DNA of 13,998 nucleotides from Candidatus Heimdallarchaeota archaeon (GTDB lineage: Archaea > Asgardarchaeota > Heimdallarchaeia > JABLTI01), in contig DXJV01000074.1 in assembly GCA_019056785.1 (NCBI GenBank), forward strand, positions 1-13,998, read 5' to 3'. The notes under the pieces were generated by a model. It had not been told where the DNA came from, made no database searches, and saw nothing but the letters and a program-made list of their open reading frames with translations. The position numbers and the translations under genes were made by a program. Each line of letters begins with the position of its first letter. The stretch's first letter is position 1. Below are positions 6,953 through 13,998 of the stretch, piece by piece.

Positions 6953-7038
6953 TTTCCACTATTTACTGAAATATATAATCAAGTCTCTAAAGAAACGCAA
7001 GAACGATTAAGAAACCGTAGGAGATAAGAAGAAAATAA

Positions 7039-8274
7039 ATGTCAGATCACCCACTCGACGCAATATTCGACAGATTCATTTCTAGCCCGAGTATTTTTAA
7101 GAATCACGAAGTACTGCGACCAAGCCATATCCCAGATAAACTCCCCCACAGGGATTATGAGATACAATTTTTGGGAAAAGCCCTCGGAAGTGCTTTGAGG
7201 AACAATCGTCCTAGCAATATTTTCCTCTATGGGAAAACGGGAACCGGAAAAACCATTGTCTCAAAATACGTGACGAAATATCTACAAGAGCGAGCAAACT
7301 CAATCGGAAAGAATATCATTGTGTCTCTTCTCAATTGCGTGGAGATTGACACAGACTACCGAGTGTTAGCTCGATTATGTGATCTCATTGGAGAACCAGT
7401 GCCATTTACTGGCCTTCCTACAGACGAGGTTTTTCAACGTTTTAAGGCAAAGTTGGACTCGAAAAAACAATTACTAATCGTCGTATTTGACGAATTAGAT
7501 AAACTTCACCAAAAAAGCGGAGATAATGTCCTATATCAGCTAACAAGAATCAATACAGACCTAAAAAAAGCTCAAGTTTCTTTAGTTTGTATCACAAACG
7601 ACCTTTCTTTCAAAGAAACACTCGACCCAAGGGTGCGGTCCAGTCTTTCGGAAGAAGAATTGGTCTTTAAACCATATAACAGCTTACAACTTGAGGATAT
7701 CCTTGCAGAAAGAGCGAAAGAAGGCTTTCATGAGGGCGTCTTAACGGAGGGAGTGATAAGCCTTTGCGCAGCCTTAGCGGCACAAGAACATGGGGATGCA
7801 AGACGTGCATTAGATCTCTTACGTGTAGCGGCTGAAATCGCAGAAAGGGAAAACGAATCGAAAGTCTTACAGTCGCACGTCCGCAAAGCTTCTAAGCAAA
7901 TCGAAAAAGATACGATTCAAGAGGCACTAATCTCCTTGCCGGTTCAGACTAAGCTCGTTCTTTGGGCTGTGTATGTTCTTGAAAAAAGTACACTTAAGGT
8001 AATTACAACTGGTGACATTTACAAAGTCTATCTCGAACTTTGCAAAACAACTGGTTTGGATCCCATAACACCTCGCAGGGCCAACTCCTTATTAAATGAA
8101 CTATCAATGCTGGGGGTTGTGAATACAAAAGTTGTCAGTATGGGCCGTTACGGCCGTACAACAAAAGTATCGCTGTCAGTTTCCCCAAGACAGACCCGGA
8201 ATATTCTTTGCGAAGATTTCTACATAAAGAAAGTTTCAGACTTTAACGCTCAAACTTTGCTTGGAAAAGACTAA
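7039..8274 (+). CDS. cdc6: Orc1/Cdc6 replication initiator (Orc1-1-like)
   Basis: LPHRDYEI, Walker A GKTGTGKT, Walker B FDELD, LDPRVRSSL, HGDARRALDLLR, C-terminal wHTH with wing GRYGRT. Confidence 0.97.
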   Translation: MSDHPLDAIFDRFISSPSIFKNHEVLRPSHIPDKLPHRDYEIQFLGKALGSALRNNRPSNIFLYGKTGTGKTIVSKYVTKYLQERANSIGKNIIVSLLNCVEIDTDYRVLARLCDLIGEPVPFTGLPTDEVFQRFKAKLDSKKQLLIVVFDELDKLHQKSGDNVLYQLTRINTDLKKAQVSLVCITNDLSFKETLDPRVRSSLSEEELVFKPYNSLQLEDILAERAKEGFHEGVLTEGVISLCAALAAQEHGDARRALDLLRVAAEIAERENESKVLQSHVRKASKQIEKDTIQEALISLPVQTKLVLWAVYVLEKSTLKVITTGDIYKVYLELCKTTGLDPITPRRANSLLNELSMLGVVNTKVVSMGRYGRTTKVSLSVSPRQTRNILCEDFYIKKVSDFNAQTLLGKD

Positions 8275-8289
8275 GGATTATTGTTCCCC

Positions 8290-8318
8290 TTTCTTTTTTC
8301 TTTTTCTGTTTTTTATTT
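8290..8318 (+). terminator. Oligo-T terminator after cdc6
   Basis: Several T runs (ttcttttttctttttctgttttttattt) immediately after the stop codon. Confidence 0.55.
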
Positions 8319-8394
8319 GAAAAAAACGAATACTTTCAGACATCTCTCTTCGGACAAGCGTTATTAATTGTAAAAAAAAGAAAATTAAACAGAA

Positions 8395-8406
8395 TTTCAC
8401 TTGGAA
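8395..8406 (-). promoter_or_regulatory. Inverted ORB core downstream of cdc6
   Basis: The - strand reads TTCCAagtGAAA, the same core as boxes 1 and 2 but without the G tail, inside a very AT-rich 281-bp spacer. Confidence 0.4.
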
Positions 8407-8555
8407 AAAAATAAGAAAACGAAGAAAGACCTCCGGAAAAGAATAAAAAGTAACAAACGATTGATATTATATGCTGGAATCGATATTATTATGCTTACGA
8501 AAAGATTAAATTAGTACTGCTGCTTTCTCTCTGTACGCGAACTAAAAAATGAAAA

Positions 8556-9146
8556 ATGAATGGTGTAGAAGTCTTGAGTGAGTTTGACCCAAATCTCGAA
8601 TTACAACGCATTGTCTTTGACTTTGAAGAAAAACCAGTGTTAATTAAGTGCCTGGTAGACAATGCAAGGATAAATATTGGTGGGGCAACTATCAAGTTAA
8701 TTAAGGGAGCGGAATTCGAAGTTCCACTTTGGCTTGCTCGCCTTCTAGTTGAAGAAGAGCAAGCAGAAATCAAGAACATGAAATCTTTTGACATTCCCTA
8801 TATGCAAACCATTCTTTGGGATGAAGGAAAGTCACAAACACCAATCGAACTTGACCCAGATTTCTATCCGGTGGTCTCTCTCCAGATTGAAGAATTAGCT
8901 AAAAAGGCAGAAACAGACCCTTATGCCCTACGAGATCGGGAACGCATGGAAGCACTCCTCAAAGACATTATTAGTAAAAGACGATTCAAGATAATCAAAC
9001 TCTCTCAAAAAGTGGGGGACCCTTCTCCTTTTATAAAACATCTTACACCAGAAGAACTTTGGTTGTTTAAGAAACTACGAGAGCAACTTCGAGAGTGGGA
9101 AGAATCATTACTAGATTGCAGTAAAAACAATCCCTGTTTCGGATGA
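8556..9146 (+). CDS. GINS complex subunit Gins23 (Psf2/Psf3-like, B-A domain order)
   Basis: B-domain motif KGAEFEVPLWLARLL followed by a helical A-domain (LDPDFY...RRFKII...LTPEELWLF). Lies directly upstream of mcm, as in the conserved gins23-mcm operon. Confidence 0.88.
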   Translation: MNGVEVLSEFDPNLELQRIVFDFEEKPVLIKCLVDNARINIGGATIKLIKGAEFEVPLWLARLLVEEEQAEIKNMKSFDIPYMQTILWDEGKSQTPIELDPDFYPVVSLQIEELAKKAETDPYALRDRERMEALLKDIISKRRFKIIKLSQKVGDPSPFIKHLTPEELWLFKKLREQLREWEESLLDCSKNNPCFG

Positions 9147-9228
9147 ATTTCCGATTACAAAAAAAGGTAAAATTCGAACAAGAGAAAACTCTTACGAAAA
9201 ATAGCAGTAAAGAAAAAGGTTGAGAAAA

Positions 9229-11298
9229 ATGGTTTCTGATACAACCGACCCAGTTGCGGCGTATAATGAATTCATCCGAGAATTTCGAGATGAAGAAGGC
9301 AATTTCAAGTACCGACAAAAAATACAGGAAATGACAGTCCAGGGCGGCATTTCGTTAACGGTAGATTTTAATGATGTCATCAAATTTAATCCTGAACTAG
9401 CTCGAAAAACAATTGATGAACCAAAAGAATTCCTCGAGGCAGGAAACCGCGCAGTTGCTGAAGTGGTGGAGATTGAAGATTCAGATTATGCATTTACCAC
9501 TCGAGACTTTTTCCTTCGCTTTTATAATCTGGCAGAAAGTGAAACAATCCCACTTCGAAGCATTAGATCTGAACATGTAGGCAAATTGATAATGTTAAAT
9601 GGGATTATTACTCGAGCAACAGTAGTAAAACCATTATTAGTGGAAGGGTTCTTCCAATGTTTAAATTGTAATGAAATAATGATTAAAGCACAAGAAGAAA
9701 GGCGGTATAACCCTCCTCATCACTGTGAAAACCCCGGTTGTGGGAGAGCTGGCCCATTCAAACTTTTGATTGAAGAATCCAAATTTATTGATTGGCAAAA
9801 AGTCACCATTCAAGAACGACCGGAGGATCTGCCACCCGGGCAGATGCCACGTTCAGTAACTGTAATGCTAACAAACGATCTTGTTGATACTGTCCGACCT
9901 GGAGATCGAGTTTCTGTGATAGGTGTCTTGCGCTCCGCACCTGATTTCTCACAAAAAAGCTCGGGAAAATTGGCAACTTTTCATGTAGCAATGGATGCTA
10001 ATAACATTGTTCCAGAGGAACAAGAGTTTGACACAATCGAAATTACGGAAGAAGAAGAAGCAAAAATACTCGAGTTGTCAAGAGACCCTTGGATACACAC
10101 AAAAATATTCGAATCAATTGCGCCCTCAATTTATGGAAACGAGGAGATAAAGAAATCAATTGCTCTCCTTCTTTTTGGCGGCATCCCAAAAGTTTTACCA
10201 GACGGTTTGAAGATACGGGGAGAAAGCAATATGCTTATGATTGGTGACCCTGGAACCGCCAAGAGTCAGATATTACGATATGTTGCTACTTTGGCTCCTC
10301 GAGCACTTTATACCTCAGGAAAAGGAACCTCTGCTGCAGGATTAACAGTAGCAGTTTTACGGGATAGCGACACAGGCGAATTCACCCTTGAAGCAGGAGC
10401 ACTCGTCTTAGCCGATAGAGGGATTTGCTGTATTGATGAAATTGATAAAATGCGAAAAGAAGACCGCAGCAGTATTCATGAAGCTTTGGAACAAAGAACG
10501 GTCTCAGTTGCAAAAGCAGGTATTGTTGCCACATTAAATGCCCGCTGTTCTATAATTGCAGCTGCAAATCCGAAATTCGGTCGGTACATTACCTCAAGAA
10601 GCGCAGCAGAAAACATTAATTTACCTGTCACTATCCTCTCGAGATTTGATCTCATTTGGATTGTACGTGACGAACCAAAAACAGAATCTGATCAAATTAA
10701 AGCACAGCATATTTTACGCCTACACACTGCAGGAGTAGCAGAAAAAGAACCTCCGATTGACAAAGACCTTCTAAGAAAATACATAAGCTATGCCAAATTG
10801 AATTCTCATCCTCGTTTGGGTGAAGAAGCGGCAAAAAGACTAGAAGAGTTTTATCTAGAAATGCGAAAAGCCGGCGAAGCAAGTGACTCTCCCATTGCTA
10901 TTACTGCCCGTCAGTTAGAATCACTAATACGGCTGACAGAGTCGCATGCAAGAATGGCATTACGCAATGAAGCATCAATTGAAGATGCAGAAGCAGCAAT
11001 TTCTCTCCTCAAAGAATCACTCCGGCAAGTAGGAATTGACCCAGAAACCGGAAAAATAGATATAGATGTCGTAATGGTAGGCACATCGTCTTCTACAAGA
11101 TCGAAAATTGAAACTCTAATGGATATTATAAGCGAATTGGAAGCCGAAAATCAAAATAAAGCGGTACCAATGGAAAAAATCATCGAAAAGGCTGCAGAAT
11201 TCGGTATGAAAAGAGACTTTGTCGAGAGAAACATTGAACGAATGCGACAAGACGGCATGCTGTTCCAACCACGAGCAGGATTCATCAAGAAAACATGA
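9229..11298 (+). CDS. mcm: MCM replicative helicase
   Basis: Zinc finger CLNC-x18-CENPGC, Walker A GDPGTAKSQ, Walker B IDEIDKM, arginine finger SRFD, sensor-2 TARQLESLIRL, C-terminal wHTH, no intein. ATG at 9229 preferred as start. Confidence 0.98.
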   Translation: MVSDTTDPVAAYNEFIREFRDEEGNFKYRQKIQEMTVQGGISLTVDFNDVIKFNPELARKTIDEPKEFLEAGNRAVAEVVEIEDSDYAFTTRDFFLRFYNLAESETIPLRSIRSEHVGKLIMLNGIITRATVVKPLLVEGFFQCLNCNEIMIKAQEERRYNPPHHCENPGCGRAGPFKLLIEESKFIDWQKVTIQERPEDLPPGQMPRSVTVMLTNDLVDTVRPGDRVSVIGVLRSAPDFSQKSSGKLATFHVAMDANNIVPEEQEFDTIEITEEEEAKILELSRDPWIHTKIFESIAPSIYGNEEIKKSIALLLFGGIPKVLPDGLKIRGESNMLMIGDPGTAKSQILRYVATLAPRALYTSGKGTSAAGLTVAVLRDSDTGEFTLEAGALVLADRGICCIDEIDKMRKEDRSSIHEALEQRTVSVAKAGIVATLNARCSIIAAANPKFGRYITSRSAAENINLPVTILSRFDLIWIVRDEPKTESDQIKAQHILRLHTAGVAEKEPPIDKDLLRKYISYAKLNSHPRLGEEAAKRLEEFYLEMRKAGEASDSPIAITARQLESLIRLTESHARMALRNEASIEDAEAAISLLKESLRQVGIDPETGKIDIDVVMVGTSSSTRSKIETLMDIISELEAENQNKAVPMEKIIEKAAEFGMKRDFVERNIERMRQDGMLFQPRAGFIKKT

Positions 11299-11389
11299 GA
11301 AGATTATTAGTTTATATGGGAAATTCTCAGAATAAAAGATGAGAAAAAGTAGTAATTTTCAGAACGCGTAATTTTAAGGAAAAAATACA

Positions 11390-13564
11390 ATGAAACTCTC
11401 AGAATTAGACTTACCCTCAGAAGCAATTTCGCTATTGGAAAAACGAGGATTGGAACAATTATATCCGCCACAAGAAGAAGCAATCAAAAGGGGGTTATTA
11501 GATGGCGAAAGTATTGTCTTGGCTATTCCTACTGCTTCGGGAAAAACCCTTGTCGCAGAGCTGGCAATGCTAAAGGCTATTCTCGATTATGGAGGAAAAG
11601 CGCTCTACCTTGTGCCCTTAAAAGCTCTCGCATCCGAAAAATATGAAGATTTTAAAGAATTTGAAACCCTTGGAATAAAAGTTATTCAATCAACAGGCGA
11701 TTTTGATTCCGGCGATTATTATCTTAAAAACTACGACCTGATAATCTGTACAAACGAAAAAGCCGACTCGTTATTGCGCCATAAAATTGATTGGGTTAAT
11801 AACTTGAAAATCATCGTTGCAGATGAGGTTCATCTCATAGATGACGCTTCAAGAGGGCCAACACTCGAGGTTGTTTTAGCACGACTAAAGAAAATGCTTC
11901 CAGCGGCACAAGTTCTAGCACTTTCTGCAACGATTTATAATGCAGATGAAATTGCAGAATGGCTAGATGCAGAATTAATACAAAGCGATTGGCGGCCAGT
12001 CAAGCTTACAGAAGGAGTCTATTTTGATGGGAAAGTGACGTTCATAGATGGCACAACAAAAACCATCCCAATAATCAATAAAAAGTACCCGGAGGTAAAT
12101 CTTGCATTTGAGACGATAAAAAATAGCGGGCAAGCACTGGTCTTTGCAAACACGCGAGCAAGCGCCCAAGCAGCAGCAGAACGGGTGGGGCAATCAGTTA
12201 GTAAATTATTGAAACCAGAAGAACGGGAAACACTTGAAGAACTTGCTGATAGAATAGTAACACTGGGTGAAAAAACGAGTTTAGCAGAACGACTGGCAAA
12301 AGCAATCCAAAAAGGAGTAGCATTTCACCACGCAGGTTTGAAGCCGGAACACCGGAAATTAATCGAGAATTATTTTAAAAGTAATCAAATAAAATGCGTC
12401 TGTGCAACACCAACTCTTGCAGCAGGCGTAAACTTGCCAGCAAGACGGGTAATTATTTTGTCAATGAGCAGATACGAAGTGGGGCTGGGCTCACAACCAA
12501 TAAAAGTCCTTGAATATAAACAACAAGCCGGGAGAGCCGGACGGCCGAAATTTGACAAAGAAGGAGAAGCCATTATTGTTGCAAAAAAAGCACAGAATGT
12601 AAGACGGTATTTGGAAAACTATTGCTTGGGGGAACCCGAGATGATCTGGTCAAAATTAGCAAGTGAAAGTGCTCTTCGTTCACATGTACTTGCAGCAATA
12701 GCAATTGGCTATGTTAGAACAATTAAAGATCTGACAAGATTTATACGTGAAACTTTTTATGGTTATCAAAATGATCTTGGAACAACACAATTCCAGATAA
12801 AAAATGTGCTCAAATTCCTTATCGAAGAGGGAATGCTGCAACATGATGAAAGTGGGAATATACGAACAACTCGTTTTGGCCTTCGTGTGAGCCAACTCTA
12901 TATTGACCCCTTGTCGGCGGTTATTTTAAGGAACGGCTTACAGAAAGCAAATGAAATAGAGAATCTTTTGCCGGAATTGGCTTATTTCCAGTTAATTGCT
13001 GCAACACCTGACTTGCGAAACCTCTATTTACGGCAAAAAGACCAGCAAGAATTGCAAAAAATGTTAATAGATTACACAGAAGACTTTCTGGTTGAAATCC
13101 CTGAACAATGGGACCCGGACTTCGAGTTTTTCCTAATGCAAATAAAATCAGCACTATTGTTAAAATATTGGATCGACGAGAAACCAGAAGATACACTTAT
13201 TACTCGATTCAATATCGGAAGTGGCGATATTCTATATCTAACTGATAATGCAAAATGGTTGCTCTATGCAGCAGTCGAAATTGCTCGATTGTTTGGGTTT
13301 AAACGCGTAATAAAAACTTTGAACGAATTACATATTCGAGTAGCACACGGCATTAAGAAGGAGCTGGTGCCACTGGTAAAGCTCAAAGGTATCGGAAGGG
13401 TTCGAGCAAGGATACTTTATAATAATGGCTATAAAACCTTGGCAGCAATTAGGAAAGCAGAGCCGAGAGAACTGGCACGGCTTCCAACTATTGGCCCTGA
13501 AATTGTAAGGAGTATTAAGGAACAACTCAAAACTCCAATGCAAGACACGAAACTGGCCGTATAA
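11390..13564 (+). CDS. hel308: Hel308/Hjm Ski2-like SF2 DNA helicase
   Basis: Q motif LYPPQ, PTASGKT, DEVH, SAT, FHHAGL, TPTLAAGVNLPARRV, QQAGRAGRP, RVSQLYIDP, C-terminal HhH GIGRVRAR. Confidence 0.96.
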   Translation: MKLSELDLPSEAISLLEKRGLEQLYPPQEEAIKRGLLDGESIVLAIPTASGKTLVAELAMLKAILDYGGKALYLVPLKALASEKYEDFKEFETLGIKVIQSTGDFDSGDYYLKNYDLIICTNEKADSLLRHKIDWVNNLKIIVADEVHLIDDASRGPTLEVVLARLKKMLPAAQVLALSATIYNADEIAEWLDAELIQSDWRPVKLTEGVYFDGKVTFIDGTTKTIPIINKKYPEVNLAFETIKNSGQALVFANTRASAQAAAERVGQSVSKLLKPEERETLEELADRIVTLGEKTSLAERLAKAIQKGVAFHHAGLKPEHRKLIENYFKSNQIKCVCATPTLAAGVNLPARRVIILSMSRYEVGLGSQPIKVLEYKQQAGRAGRPKFDKEGEAIIVAKKAQNVRRYLENYCLGEPEMIWSKLASESALRSHVLAAIAIGYVRTIKDLTRFIRETFYGYQNDLGTTQFQIKNVLKFLIEEGMLQHDESGNIRTTRFGLRVSQLYIDPLSAVILRNGLQKANEIENLLPELAYFQLIAATPDLRNLYLRQKDQQELQKMLIDYTEDFLVEIPEQWDPDFEFFLMQIKSALLLKYWIDEKPEDTLITRFNIGSGDILYLTDNAKWLLYAAVEIARLFGFKRVIKTLNELHIRVAHGIKKELVPLVKLKGIGRVRARILYNNGYKTLAAIRKAEPRELARLPTIGPEIVRSIKEQLKTPMQDTKLAV

Positions 13565-13678
13565 GATGAAAGGACATTGGGCTGGAAAGCGAATGTTCTC
13601 TTAAGGGTAAATACTTTAGTAAGAAAAATTTTTAGGAAAGGCCTAACTGTTCTATGGTACCAAATTGGTGGGAAGAAT

Positions 13679-13998
13679 TTGAAGGAGCTCGACCAACAAA
13701 GAACAACTGCGTTTTTCCAACAACAATTTAGGGGGTTTGGACAAGAAATCAAGAAATGGTTCCAGCAAAAAGATTGGCAAGACATAGGATTCAAATGGAG
13801 TTTCTTCATTTTCTTAATAGCAGTTGGCGTTTTAATCCGCCTATTGTTTGCATATTCTTTCCGTGTCAATTATGCTGTCTCTAATTTAGAAATTGTTTGG
13901 AATAGAGTCATTATGCTAAATCCCAATAATGTCCCTCTTGAAGGGTATATGGATTTTGATTATTACTATGTTTCTTGGGTAAAAGGATGGTACGAAGA
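13679..13998 (+). CDS. Membrane protein, probable GT-C fold glycosyltransferase (GT87/DUF2029-like), 3' partial
   Basis: Frame is open to the window end. TTG at 13679 follows SD-like ggtggg. MKELDQ...WSFFIFLIAVGVLIRLLFAYSF (transmembrane helix) is followed by a loop with YMDFDYYY..W, typical of the first extracellular loop of GT-C enzymes. Confidence 0.55.
   Translation, partial: MKELDQQRTTAFFQQQFRGFGQEIKKWFQQKDWQDIGFKWSFFIFLIAVGVLIRLLFAYSFRVNYAVSNLEIVWNRVIMLNPNNVPLEGYMDFDYYYVSWVKGWYE

Noticed and set aside
9144-9170. Selenocysteine read-through of the GINS TGA stop
   Set aside because: Only 7 further codons follow before TAA, no SECIS-like structure was seen, and GINS is not a redox protein.
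13562-13678. Read-through fusion of hel308 with the in-frame downstream membrane protein
   Set aside because: The stop is TAA, Hel308 is complete, and the downstream gene has its own SD-like site and TTG start; the shared frame is probably chance.
217-13869. Numerous short ORFs antisense to or overlapping the main genes (e.g. 2565-3077, 5630-6028, 8495-8794, 13429-13869)
   Set aside because: Shadow ORFs of well-supported genes, with no recognisable motifs.
1-13998. CRISPR array, tRNA, transposase, integrase or inteins
   Set aside because: No regularly spaced repeats, cloverleaf/T-loop signature or mobile-element ORFs seen; MCM, Cdc6 and Hel308 have normal lengths.

Overview
AT-rich archaeal chromosomal segment, most likely from an Asgard or TACK-related archaeon (inferred from the protein families, not proven). 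The right half is a co-oriented replication cluster: hypothetical protein, orc1/cdc6, gins23, mcm, hel308 and a partial GT-C-like membrane protein. Two clear ORB-like boxes lie upstream of cdc6 and an inverted ORB core lies downstream, marking a probable replication origin. The left half is mostly on the - strand: a large tandem Lrp/AsnC-like regulator, Hsp20, a DRG/TGS GTPase, a D-2-hydroxyacid dehydrogenase (+ strand) and ribosomal protein eS8 with a C-terminal extension of about 115 aa. Beyond the ORF track, there are two intergenic regions that fold into multi-helix RNAs with correctly placed BRE/TATA-like promoters (about 2017-2168 on +, about 4124-4269 on -), hairpins in the hsp20 leader, and a tiny signal-peptide-bearing ORF (1-114) convergent with the regulator. 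That pair may be a peptide/receptor signalling module.
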